The notes under the pieces were generated by a model that was given only the letters and a program-made list of their open reading frames with translations, did no database searches and was not told the origin of the DNA. Shown one piece after another: positions 52,017 to 64,000 of a DNA stretch of 64,000 nucleotides (positions within the stretch are counted from its first letter, which is position 1; every line of letters begins with the position of its first letter). Source of the DNA: Octopus sinensis (lineage: Eukaryota). The position numbers were made by a program, and so were the translations under genes. Location: the NCBI RefSeq assembly GCF_006345805.1, contig NC_043002.1, positions 107,198,001 through 107,262,000 of the forward strand, given 5' to 3'.

Positions 52017-52019
52017 ATG

Positions 52020-52248
52020 TTAACCCTTTAACATTTAAACCGGCCATATCTGGCCAAACGTATTCTGCCTGTTTTATGTTCAAACTGGCCAGATCTGGTC
52101 TCTCACACCAACCCTACAATATCGTTTTAAAAATTAACAGCTACCTCATCAAAATCTCAAAGCTACAAGATAATGCATGATTAGTTCAAAACAATGTGGA
52201 TAAAAAAACATAAATTTTGGTAGAATAATGCGAACACTAAAGGGTTAA
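52020..52248 (-). mobile_element. piggyBac-type MITE, family 2
   Basis: Reverse complement of 41867-42096 with TTAA ends. Confidence 0.88.
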
Positions 52249-53748
52249 TCAGGATATAAAGATTATTTTTGTGTATGAATACTGCTTTCTTTGCTAATAA
52301 TTAATTTGTAGGCCAATAATATCTGTCTGAGAAATATAGGTGGGAAGGAAATCATATTCTGTTGACACTGTAGGAAGGAAGGACTGGGTAAAATAGATAA
52401 TGAACTGTCTGTGGAGGAGTGACTAGGGGGTGGGGAGAAACAAGTGTGTCAAATGGGTTTGGTTTGGGGTGGTATATAAATATGTATTTCAGAGGAACAG
52501 AGGTCATTGTAGTGGTGATAGGATAGGCAGAGTGGTGAGACAGTATGTCTGTGATGTAGGGTTTGTGGGTTGGTATGTGGTGGGGTGGAAAAATACCAAA
52601 CAGAGAAATGACATCATCAGGAAAAGAAGAGGAATAAATAACCGAGTTGCAATCAAGAGAAATCTTCAAATGATTATAATGAAAATAGGAGAAAAAAAGA
52701 AATGATCAACTTATCTGAGAGGATACATTGGGTGAATGGCAAATAAGAAGTAGAGCAACGGCAAAGCTACTGACTGCTAACTTGGGAGAAAAGTAGATCA
52801 AATCTATTTGAAATAGAGAAAGTAGAGGAGAGAGATTTGGTCTTGTATATTTTATTTCAATCTATAAAAGAACATAAAATAATTGAATGTTGGCGGCAGT
52901 AGTGGCTATATTAATGATGGTGATGATGGAGTTGATGGATTGATGATAACGATGATGGGGAATGATGAAATTGACAATGAGATAGGAGGTGGTTGATGAT
53001 TATAATTGAGATGATAACGAGATCTATTTGAACTTTATTGATTTCATGCTATGATAATAGCCATACCACCACCACTGCCACTGCCGCCACCACATCCTAC
53101 TCAGTGCCAGTACTCCCTACCATCATCATCATCATCATCTTCAGCAGCACCAGAAACTAATTGCCTATGTATTATTAATATTGGCTCCTTACATCTGCCA
53201 TTTAAAATATTTAACATTAAGAATACACAATATATTGTAATGGTGAATTATTTTTTAATGTTAAATATAAGATTTCCCTTTTCTGTTGTTTATTTTTTTT
53301 TCTTTTACTATCCTCTTTGAATATCTAACATTATCTGATTTCACATACAGCCATTTCATCCATTCAAACTCCCAAACAACCCACAAAATACAAGCAGTTT
53401 ATGCTCCCGTATAGGTTTCAATGTTGGTCAAAGACAGCATAGGCTTATGACAAACATAGCATGATCACAGGCTGGGCTGTGTGTTTAAGTCATTCACCTC
53501 ACAACCACATGTTACCACTTTGCTGCATCTTCAGCCTTGGATCAGTCTTGGCCATTTGGCTGAAAATAGATTACGAGAAATTGTATCAGATGGAGTCTGA
53601 CCATTCCTTGTCAGTAAACTTGAAAGTTGTTATGCAAATCAAAGCTATGCAAATTCTGCTATGATTTGAGTGATTTCCTTTCATATAAAGGAAATGCACA
53701 TTTGATGATCAGAGAAAGAGTGTGGCCATTTTGAATAATCGAGAATAT

Positions 53749-53924
53749 CGTGCTGGTGGCATATAAAAAGCACCCACTACACTCTCGGAGTGGTTGGCGT
53801 TAGGAAGGGCATCCAGCTGTAGAAACACTGCCAGATCAAGATTGGAGCCTGGTGCAGCCATCTGGTTCGCCAGCCCTCTGTCAAAATCGTGCTTGGAAAG
53901 CGGACGTTAAACGATAATGATGAT
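53749..53924 (+). mobile_element. RTE 3' UTR terminal fragment
   Basis: Family match. Confidence 0.75.
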
Positions 53925-54016
53925 TGTGGATAGCACTATATGATGCTTTACTGTTTTGGACTATGATTGGAAATTAGTTTCTTTGAACCGGAAATTACTG
54001 GTCATACATAACAGCA

Positions 54017-54360
54017 CTTTATAATGTAACACATTCACCGGTAAAATTTCCACTTATTTCTTATTTTTATTGTCCTAAAATTTTTGTTGCATCTTGCAAC
54101 CTTTCCAATAATCTTGACTCTCAAGACTATTGAAAAGGTTGCAAGACGCAACAAAAATTTTAGGACAATAAAAATAAAAAATAAGTGGAAATTTCACCAG
54201 TGAGTGTGTTACATTATAAGGCACAAAAAGAAAATGACTCTCCCCAGACACAACAGAATATGCTTCAACACACAAACTCATATAAAGAATCTTGCAAACC
54301 AAATCCAAAAACGAAATATAACTGCACTAGTGCTGTTATATTTCGTCTTTGGATTTGATT
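54017..54360. mobile_element. Foldback (Penelope pLTR-like) element with a degenerate hammerhead in each arm
   Basis: ~100-bp arms centred at ~54119; CTA TTGAAAA G GTTGC-AAGAC-GCAAC aAAA AT T T TAG; extra hairpin at 54301-54356. Confidence 0.65.
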
Positions 54361-54479
54361 AAACAGCTAAAATTTTCATCACATATCACCCAGACTTTGT
54401 TGAGGCCACATATCATCTTGGTTCCAAAACAAGATAGCTAATCCTACTGGAGTTAACTGTGCCCTGTGGGGAGAGGATC

Positions 54480-54856
54480 ATGGCACTCCGTCGGTTATAA
54501 TGACAAGGGTTCTAGTTGATCTGATCAATGGAATGGCCTGCTTGTGAAATTAACATGCAAGTGGCTGAGTACTCCACAGACACGTGTACCCTTAACGCAG
54601 TTCTTGGAAAGATTCAGCATGACACAGAGTGTGACAAGGCTGGCCCTTTGAAATACAGGTACAACAGAAACAGGAAGAAAGGGTGAGAGAAAGTTGTGGT
54701 GAAAGAGTACAGCAGGGTTTGCCACCACCCCTTGCCAGAGCCTCGTGGAGCTTTATGTGTTTTCACTCAATACTCACAATGCCTGGTCTGGGAATTGAAA
54801 CCGTGATCCTACGACTGCGAATCTGCTGCCCTTACCACTGGGCCATTTCACTTCCA
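54480..54856 (-). mobile_element. SINE H1/tail A (CpG-decayed)
   Basis: Family match. Confidence 0.88.
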
Positions 54857-55611
54857 TGGGTGGGGGTGGGGGTAGATGACACAAAAGAAGTTAAGTACCC
54901 CTAGTTGTTGGAGGACTGCTGCAAGATTGGGAAGAGAATGAGGTGTTTATCAGTGAAGGTTGGTAGATAAGGGTTTACAGGTTATGCTCTGAGTAAGGTT
55001 TGTGAAACCCTGAGTATTACAGAAATGAAGAGCAGGAGAGCCATCAAGGACAAGGTAGAAGCTGTTGAGAAAGCATCTAAATGGCTAGAGTTGAAAAGAG
55101 GTGTTAGTACGACGCTGCTTGGTCAACATGGGTTTGGGTCACCTGGATAAGGGTGTCTGTTTTTGCGCCCCAAATCACTCCAGTGGGCCTATGGTACTAC
55201 ACTGCTGATGTGTCCAAACATTGCTTCTGTTGATGTATGTTGAAATAATGCACTTATCTCCAGATATATTCAGTCTTACTGCAAAATTAAGCTCATAAGG
55301 GCCCTCTCTTAATTTCACTGTGTGTCTATATACAAATGGCTATGGGTTTGTATATTTATGTATTCTTTTGAAATACCTTTGGTCATAAATCTGCTCAATT
55401 ATTGATTGACACGGAACTAAATAAAAAACAGCAACAACCAGCTTCATTTAAAACCATGTTAGAAACATAAATTCTCTCTTGGAACTCAGCCTATATGCAG
55501 GAAGAATATGGCATTTCAAGAGCTGAAAATGAACCAATTGAAACTTTGAGAGGGACAAAGAAAAAAGAATGTAAGGTGCAATAAATTCTCCAGAGATTTT
55601 CCATTACATTC

Positions 55612-55880
55612 TCATCATCATCATTGTTGTTTAATATCCATTGTCCATGCTGGTATGAGTTGGACAGTTTGACTGGCATGCTGGAAGGCTCTGCCAGGCT
55701 CCAGTCTGATTTAGCATGATTTTCTATGCCAACCTCTCTGAGAGTGAATTGGGTGCCTTTACATGCCACCGGCATGGGTGCCATTTGCATGACACTGGTA
55801 TCTGCCACGACTGCAATTTTTCTCAGCTTGATGGCTCTTCTTCTCAAGCATGACATAATGCCAAAGGTCTTAGACATTGC
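55612..55880 (-). mobile_element. RTE-type 3' UTR fragment
   Basis: CATCATCATTGTTGTTTAATATCC..CCAGGCTCCAGTCTGATTT family match. Confidence 0.6.
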
Positions 55881-56133
55881 TTTCATGAGGCCCAACACTT
55901 GAAAGAACCTGAGCCACTTTGCCTCCATGAGGCCCAACAGTCAAAAGGAACTCAACCACTTTGCCTCAGTGAGGCCCAACAGTTGAAAGGACCTCAGCCA
56001 CTTTTCCTCCATCAGGCCCAACACTTGAAAGGAACTTGGCTACCTTGCCTCCGTGGGGCCCAACACTCAAAAGGAACGCAACCACCTTGCCTCCATGAGG
56101 CCCAACACTTGAAAGGAACTCAACACTTGAAAG
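55881..56133. repeat. 42-bp minisatellite, ~6 units
   Basis: Unit GCCTCCATGAGGCCCAACACTTGAAAGGAACTCAGCCACTTT. Confidence 0.9.
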
Positions 56134-56563
56134 AAACACAAAGCATCTCAAAATAAACACAGTAACGAAAGAGTTAACAAAGTCATGACAACAATGTTGT
56201 GCTGACATTTGAAGTTCAATCCCAACTGATGCACCATTCATCATAGGGTTCTAGACTATACATATCTGAACCTGTTTTGTATGGGGTTTGGGCAGTAGGA
56301 TGCTTTGAAAGTAAAACAAATTGTTGATATGAATTCATTGATTGCTTTATAGCTTTTTTCTATATTTGGTGCTTTTTACATGTCACCAGCACTTGTGAGT
56401 TTGCTATGCAACTTATAAGATTATGAACCCCAAGAGAGTTAGCCTAAGGGTAGAACAGGTTTCCCGCTATTGAGGAAGTACATGGCTACTTGCATTTAAG
56501 AGGGGGTGAGTGTGATAGTAGTGGATTGGAAATAGATGATATAGTGGTGATCTGGTGTCTATA

Positions 56564-56905
56564 TCATAGGATCGCGGTTTCGATTCCCAGACTGGGCGTT
56601 GTGAGTGTTTATTGAGCGAAAACACCTAAAGCTCCACGGGGCTCCGGCAGGGGATGGTGGTGATCCCTGCTGTACTCTTTCACCACAACTTTCTCTCACT
56701 CTTACTTCCTGTTTCTGTTGTACCTGTATTTCAAAGGGCCGGCCTTGTCACTCTCTGTGTCATGCTGAATATCCCCGAGAACTACGTTAAGGGTACACGT
56801 GTCTGTGGAGTGCTCAACCACTTACACGTTAATTTCATGAGCAGGCTGTTCTGTTGATCGGATCAACCGGAACCCTCGTCATCGTAACCGACGGAGTGCT
56901 TCCAT
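56564..56905 (+). mobile_element. SINE H1/tail A, 5'-truncated
   Basis: Family match starting just before the B-box. Confidence 0.88.
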
Positions 56906-57690
56906 AGGATGATATAGAAGTATGACAGAGATTTTCCCAAAGTCCAGCTAGCTGTAGGAAATATATAACAAGTTACTTAATATAGAAGGGTATGTGATAT
57001 CAGAGTATGAAAGCGATTTCTTTCTGCTCCATTGATTGATATGAAACTGGAGCTAAACATAACACAAACACACATTGTTGTTAAGCCCCATGTTTTACCT
57101 TATTAAGCACACTTGTGATCAGAGACATCTTTGATTGTTTATTTTGGACTACATTACCCAATGTCTTTCCTTTCATTTTAAAATAGTCGTGTGAAATTTG
57201 AGAGAGGTTTCTGCTGTTATTTCTAGTGAGCCAAGGAACCATATGGAGGTTCTTTCTAATTGTGTCATAGCAGGGTTGATAATGTGGCAAAAGACAACAA
57301 GGGCAGCTTTTCTTAAGAAGTTGGTATACTGTGTTTTGAGAGAGATTTGGGTTCTACTTCTAGGAAATTGTGTGACCATGTGGGGGCCACTCTGTTTGAC
57401 TTTTTATTTTTTGAGCAGGGTTGACAGATGCTATATACAAGACAACAGCAATAACAACAACAACAACAGCAGTCATAACATGAACTAATGAGAGAACCTC
57501 TGCATGGTTGCTTGACCTGCTAGAAATAACTCAACTCTCCCTCAGATCACATTCTTCTGCCTGAAATAAATATGGACCCAATTGACGGTATAATCATTGA
57601 TATATGAACAAAAAAATGGTTGTAGCCTGAATGCCTTTGATCATAGGCATTCTTCATCAATAACAACAACTACAAAAACATTAACACAAA

Positions 57691-57851
57691 AGAGTGGCTG
57701 TGAGGTAAGTAGCTTGCTTACCAACGACATGGTTCCAGGTTCAGTCCCATTGCATGACACCTTGGACAAGTGTCTTCTACTATAGCCTCATGCTGACCAA
57801 AATTTTGTGAGTGGATTTGGTAGACGGAAACTGAAAGAAGCTTGTTGTATA

Positions 57852-57917
<66 letters not shown>

Positions 57918-58135
57918 TGTGTGTATATGTTTGTCTGTGTTTGTCCTCCCACCGTAGCTTGACAACTGATGCTAGTGTGTTTATGTCCCTGTAACTTAGC
58001 AGTATGGCAAAAGAGACCGATAGAATAAGTACTAGACTTACAAAGAATAAGTCCTGGGGTCGAGTTGCTCAACTAAATGCCGGTGCTCCAGCATGACCGC
58101 AGTCAAATGACTGAAACAAGTAAAAGAATAAAAGA
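57691..58135 (+). mobile_element. SINE H2
   Basis: Family match. Confidence 0.85.
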
Positions 58136-58170
<35 letters not shown>

Positions 58171-58431
58171 AAAGCCTAGCATCATGGAAGAGATCCAAGT
58201 GAAGCAGTTAATAGAACAGACTTAATCCTATTATATCAATTGTCTTAGTATTGTCTTAATAGTATAATCTTAATATTATGGAATTAGTAGTATAAATATT
58301 ACAACGAATTTACAGCTCTTCACAGCAGAAATCTAACATCGGTATTCACCTCAAAACAAACTTGTTTTCTTCTCAATTACTAAATTTAAGAACAAACAGC
58401 AGGGTGGGTGGATATTTGGTATGTGTGTTTA

Positions 58432-58467
<36 letters not shown>

Positions 58468-58470
<3 letters not shown>

Positions 58471-58828
58471 TTTTATTCTTTTACTTGTTTCAGTCATTTG
58501 ACTGTGGCCTTTAGTTGAGCAAATTGACTCCAGGACTTATTCTTTGTAAGCCTAGTACTTATTCTGTCGGTTTCTTTCGCCGAACTGCCAAGTTATGGGG
58601 ATGTAAACACACCAGCATCAGTTGTCAAGTGATGTTGGGGGGACAAATACACACACACACACACATGATGGGCTTCTTTCAGTTTCCGTCTACCAAATCC
58701 ACTCACAAGGCTTTGGTCAGTGCAAGGCTATAGTAGAAGACATTTGCTCAAGGTGCCACGCAGTGGGACTGAACCTGGAACCATGTGGTTGGGAAGCAAG
58801 CTTCTTACCAAACAGCCACTCCTGCGCC
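58468..58828 (-). mobile_element. SINE H2
   Basis: Family match. Confidence 0.85.
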
Positions 58829-59139
58829 ATATATATATATATATATATATTCAGAGAGAGAGAGAGAGAGAGGGGAAGTGACTTGTATGTGCTGAGCCAT
58901 TTGTGTGTGGCTCACCAATATATATGTTCCATCTTCCATATTTCATTTGCTATATATATATATATTATATATATATTATATATATATATATATATATGGT
59001 TTGATCTGTGTGTGTGTGATAGACAAATGATTGATGAAAGGGCATCAAAGAGTTGTTGGGAGATATAGTTGGAAGCTTAACAGAGTTGGGTTAAAAGGTC
59101 CTTATGCAGACATATACACAGCTCAACCTCAATCAATAC

Positions 59140-60660
59140 CATCGTTTCAATGTTTGCTTCACCATACATGGACAGATGGGCATGTCTTCTCCAGCATCCC
59201 TATCACTAATCTTCACACTCCCTTGTCATCTCCATGGTGTCAATATCCTGGTTTTCATCACTTTCTTTCTTGTCTTCCAAGGTCTCCTGCTTCAACAGGG
59301 ACCATCCTCTTTGAGTGCCCTGTACTATTTCATGCAGCTATCATCCTCCATACAATCACTTGTACAGCCTTTTCTCTCATTACATCTTAAATCCAGTTTT
59401 CATTCCCGCTTCTTTATGCCCACTAACATTGTACATCCAGCTGATCATGTTCACTTCATTTCTTTCTAGTCTTCACAACTCTAACTTATTAGCTTACCTG
59501 TGATTCCAGTACACCTCTTCTGCATCAATACGTTACACTGAGTACACCATACAGAATTTCTACAGAAAATTGTCTTTCCTACTTACTAAAACTTTAGTCT
59601 TCACTAAAGAATATTAGAGAGGTGATGGTAGTAAACCTGGAAAGTTATGGTAGATAATGTGAGGGGTTGAATAATGCTATCCCTTGTTACACAGGTAGAA
59701 TAGTACAGTGGATAGGAAAGAGGATGAGTGAGAGGTCAGATGGTAGCATAGGGGTCAGTTGATGGAAATATATATTTATTGGGTCTCTCGCCAATTCTTA
59801 TATATCCCAACCTCCATGATTGCCATCAATATTCTAATCACAGTTTTTGCCATTATTGCACTGACAGGTATGTCTTTTCTTGCTGTCAATCTCACCAATT
59901 GTCATCTCCTGTGAAGTTCAGTTTCTTGAGATTAATCATCATCTCATCAAATCTCATGTTTTTCTAGATCTACCTCATACCCAGGCCCCATCTACTCGAA
60001 ATGCTCAGTATATGTTTACACTACTGTGCTGGGCACCCTCCATCTGCATCACATACCTCTATTAACACCGTCTTCTCTCTTTCATATTTTGGTTCTTATT
60101 CTGATTATTCCCTCAGTTTATTCATGGACCCCAATATTACAGAATATGTTCACTTCATGTTGTTTTTCTTATCACTTTGATCACTTCACTTTGACCGACC
60201 AGTCCGTCAGGCGTCCATTTGACACCGCTGGTCACAGCACGCTGTCCACTCCTCTCTGGATCGCGCCTTTCTCATCCACGTGATCCCAATCGTCTTCTTG
60301 AAATCGTCACTCCACCGTCGTGGAGGTCTTCCGGGTGGTCTTTTCCGCTCACGCGGGTACCACTCAACTACTGCGTGCGTCCACCGATTATCGGTGAACC
60401 GGGCGACGTGTCCAGCCCATCTATACTTGCTGCTTCTATACTTTTTCTTATAGCTGTCACAATTGTTCCATATTCAAGGCCTTCACCTCACTACCACACA
60501 GCATTACACAGTCAGCTCTTCAACCTGAGAGACGTTCGGGGAGACATTGCTTCTGTTATCAGAAGAGGCCAATATCTTCCTAAACCATTCTTACTCTGGT
60601 TGCTCTGCATACAGTACACCCACCTCCTTTGCTCATTACAACAGCTAAGTAACAAATATT
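59140..60660 (-). mobile_element. Degraded RTE ORF relics (~59140-59480, ~59900-60170, ~60440-60660)
   Basis: Fragments such as RLERNEVNMISWMYNVS, GRSRKT, CYL..SKGGGC, PLLITE and MLCGSE; stops present. Confidence 0.6.
60171..60435 (-). mobile_element. Young RTE-clade LINE 3' end
   Basis: KYRWAGHVARFTDNRWTHAVVEWYPRERKRPPGRPPRRWSDDF...MDA*, then a GTCAAAGTGAAGTGATCAAAGTGAT tail. Confidence 0.88.
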
Positions 60661-60665
60661 GATAT

Positions 60666-61050
60666 GTAGTAAAGATTGTTTGCCAACATAACATGGCAGT
60701 CCTGGTTTAGGACTAATGTTGCTGTAATTTAGCCCCAGGAGACATCGTCTCCAGCTGGCTATATGACACGATCTGTGTCCTTATATTTTCGAACAAAGGA
60801 ATCTAACCTCTTCTGATAACAGATGCAATGTTTCCCTGAACTTCTCTCAGGCTGAAGAGCTGATTGTTCGAAAATATAAGGACGCAGATTGTGTTGTATA
60901 GCCAGCTGGAGACGATGTTTCCTGGGGCTAAAATTACAGCGACATTAGTCCTAAATCAGGACTGCCATGTCATGTTGGCAAACAATCTTTACTACAAAGT
61001 ACAGTTGCTGAATATCTCTTGTTGCGAGATTTTAAAAATAGTAATTTTCT
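60666..61050. mobile_element. Second insertion of the 30.8-kb Penelope/retrozyme-like family (foldback, no ribozyme retained)
   Basis: 12-bp TSD AAATATTGATAT (60654-60665, 61051-61062); same terminus AAATAGTAATTTTCT. Confidence 0.82.
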
Positions 61051-61062
61051 AAATATTGATAT

Positions 61063-61279
61063 TACTCTTTTACTTGTTTCAGTCATTTGACTGCGGCCAT
61101 GCTGGAGCACCACCTTTAGTTGAGCAAATCGACCCCGGGACTTATTCTTTGTAAGCCTAGTACTTATTCTATCGGTCTCTTTTGCCGAACCGCTAAGTAA
61201 TGGGGACATAAACACACCAGCATCGGTTGTCAAGCAATGCTAGGGGGACAAACACAGACACACAACACACACACACACA

Positions 61280-61349
<70 letters not shown>

Positions 61350-61498
61350 CGACAGGCTTCTTTCAGTTTCCATCTACCAAATCCACTCACAAGGCTTTGG
61401 TCGGCCCGAGGCTATAGTAGAAGACACTTGCCCAAGGTGCCAAGCAGTAGGACTGAACCCGGAACCATGTGGTTGGTAAACAAGCTGCTTACCACACA
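61063..61498 (-). mobile_element. SINE H2
   Basis: Family match. Confidence 0.9.
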
Positions 61499-61979
61499 GA
61501 TATGTATATATTTTACATACAGCTTTCACCCTTCCTCAGCTGTTGACTGAAGATCACAACAGTTTTGGTCTCTTCTGCTACCAGGGAATGTTCAGGTTCT
61601 TTTGTTCCACACTGTAACACGGCTTCCTTTTTGTTTCCTTGTTTATACATGCCACCATTACACTGAACTAAGTGCAGCTGTGATTATTCCAGCAGAATTA
61701 CTGAGTGGATTATTCTTCCTCTCACACCCACCTGCTTTATTCCAGATGAAGCATTTTCTGCTTCCTTCTTCAGTTCATGAATCACTGCTCCAATAACCTT
61801 CCTGAGTCCAATGCCAGCCAAGTAGGAGATCATGGATTCAGCTAGAAACCTACAAAATCCAACCTCTACTGGAGGTGAGATGTTGTGGGTTTGTAGCTAT
61901 ATATGTTTGTGGATTTCTGTGGGTGTGTGTGCGTGTATTTATGTCTGTATATATGTGTATATGTCTATGTATATATATA

Positions 61980-62026
<47 letters not shown>

Positions 62027-62524
62027 TTTACACACACATATACACCACACTGGCACCGATCCAAATTCATTATATACAAACGTACATAATATACATATGT
62101 ACATGTATGCACATACACACAGTGACATTTACGCAGTATCCTCCTACAAGAAGCTCATTAAACAAACAATAATGTGTAGTGAATGAGGATGGTTCCCAAA
62201 CTGCAAGAAATATATCAGTTCTATTGTGAAAATAAACATAACTGCACTTGCAGCTGACCTTAATGCCTTCCACAACTATTCAAATAATAAGTGAAGTGTT
62301 CTCATACTTAATGTGGTGAGCAATGATAACTTTTAATTAATCAAGACTATTCCAGATAAAGGTCAGCACTTCACATTGACCCTTCTAGATTACTATGTAC
62401 TCTAGGTTGTTGTGCTGTTTTGTTTTTTTATTTAAATATAATATTGTACTATTTGTTATGTAACAATCTGTTTTTAGTTTATGTGTAGATTAGAGTAAGT
62501 TTCTAAGCCTTGACTGAGCAAAGC

Positions 62525-63030
62525 CATCATCATTATCATCATCGTTTAACGTCCGCTTTCCATGCTAGCATGGGTTGGACGGTTCAACTGGGGTCTGGGA
62601 AGCCCGAAGCCTGCACCAGGCCAGTCAGATCTGGCAGTGTTTCTACAGCTGGATGCCCTTCCTAACGCCAATCACTCCGTGAGTGTAGTGGGTGCTTTTT
62701 ATGTGCCACTGACACAGGTGCCAGACGAGGCTGGCGAACGGCTACGCTCGGATGGTGTTTTTTTTGTGCCACCGACACAGGTGCCAGATGAGGCTGGTGA
62801 ACGGCCACGCTCGGATGGTGTTTTTTACGTGCCACCGGCACGGAGGCCAGGCGAGGCTGGCACGGCCACTATCGAATGGTGTTTGTTACGTGCCCACAGC
62901 ACGGAGGCCAGTCGATGCGGTACTGGCTACGGCCACGTTCGGATGGTTTTCTTATGTGCCACTGGCATTGGTACCACAAAAATACAAATTCCATTGATGT
63001 TCATCGATTTTGATTTGATTTGATTTTGAT
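62525..63030 (-). mobile_element. RTE 3' UTR with ~5 tandem 60-66-bp repeats
   Basis: Family match. Confidence 0.78.
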
Positions 63031-63883
63031 CAAAGATATTCCAGCCATGGCCATCTTGTCTGTTTAGAGGCATCAAAGTCTACATTACCTAGTGTTTCTT
63101 GTCTTAGCTGTTATATTCAAAAGGCCAGGTGACTATGACGTGGCTCCCTTATATACCAAAATGTTTTTGAGCTTTGTATTTACATATGAGGAAATTGATG
63201 TTGGAAAGTAAATTTTTCCATTGCTATTGATCTCTACTTATTACTTAAACCCAGGTCAGCATCTGATTCGACTGACCCATGATTGAAGAACTTCCAAGTG
63301 TTACCTTTCCATGTTTTTGTCCAAATATATTGTATCCAGGATGATTACATTATCGTTTCTTTTTTAAGGCAACAGGATGTAATAGGGGAGATTTAGCTGC
63401 TGTTTCTAGCAAGTTAAGCAACCATATAGAGGCTTCCTCTTTCAATTATCACAGTTATTGTTGATAATTTTGCTGCTCTCTAGCCAAGGTCAGCCTTCAC
63501 CGAGCAGATATAGGATGAAAAATATTCCAACTTACCTGATTAGTCATACGTCATCCAATGTCTCCTTCCTTTTTCTGATACGAAGACATGTTTGCTAATA
63601 TTCAAGGCTTTTTCCCTCACATTGTTGAAGGGAAAATATAGAGCAGGACAATTCTTGATAAACTCACTGAAAATTTTGGAATAATCTCTTCCTCAACCAG
63701 CACAAAATAAATCTGATTGATACCCTTCGTCCCTTCAAGGTTGATGAAATAAGCCCAGTCAAGCACTGGGGTCAATGTAATCGATTAGTCCCTTCCATGA
63801 AATTACTGGCCTTGTGTCAAAATTTGAAACACATAAAAAGCACCCACTACTCTCTCGGAGTGGTTGGCACTAGGAAGGGCATC

Positions 63884-63977
63884 CAAGAAGCTCATTAAAC
63901 AAACAATAATGTGTAGTGAATGAGGATGGTTCCCAAACTGTAAGAAATATATCAGTTCTATTGTGAAAATAAACATA
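63884..63977 (+). repeat. 94-bp direct duplicate of 62147-62240
   Basis: One mismatch by eye. Confidence 0.9.
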
Positions 63978-64000
63978 GGCGCAGGAGTGGCTGTGGTAAG

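Noticed and set aside
55881-56133. Regular repeats resembling a CRISPR array or a 14-aa repeat protein
   Set aside because: The whole 42-bp unit repeats with no unique spacers; eukaryotic context with no cas genes
62690-62960. Repeated GGTGCTTTTT after hairpins, like a tracrRNA/sgRNA 3' end
   Set aside because: This is the antisense of the RTE 3' UTR repeat; there is no nuclease ORF (Fanzor/TnpB) or other scaffold element

Overview
Repeat-dense, AT-rich eukaryotic nuclear DNA, most likely from an octopus. The evidence is a cox1 NUMT with a cephalopod-like translation plus tRNA-derived SINEs and very long microsatellites. No host protein-coding gene can be supported, and most ORF-track entries are microsatellite or SINE read-throughs. 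The window holds: a near full-length 4.7-kb CR1-group LINE (ORF1 with PHD-like/poly-Q regions, ORF2 with APE and RT) nested in a non-autonomous Helitron; an intron-containing DD34E Tc1 transposon interrupted by a SINE; several Helitron, piggyBac, hAT and Merlin-like MITEs; RTE, CR1 and mariner relics; several modular SINE families; and a 100-N assembly gap. The most interesting signal is a set of short non-coding, tandem or inverted (foldback) insertions. Several carry minimal type I hammerhead-ribozyme motifs (about 30.8-31.7, 33.9-34.3, 47.3 and 54.0-54.3 kb), and one related copy without the motif lies at 60.7-61.05 kb. One element fuses a tRNA-like Pol III head to a hammerhead, and another is a ~345-bp tandem monomer with 12-bp TSDs. 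These look like Penelope-mobilised retrozyme-like families. All alignments and folds were done by eye and no database search was run.
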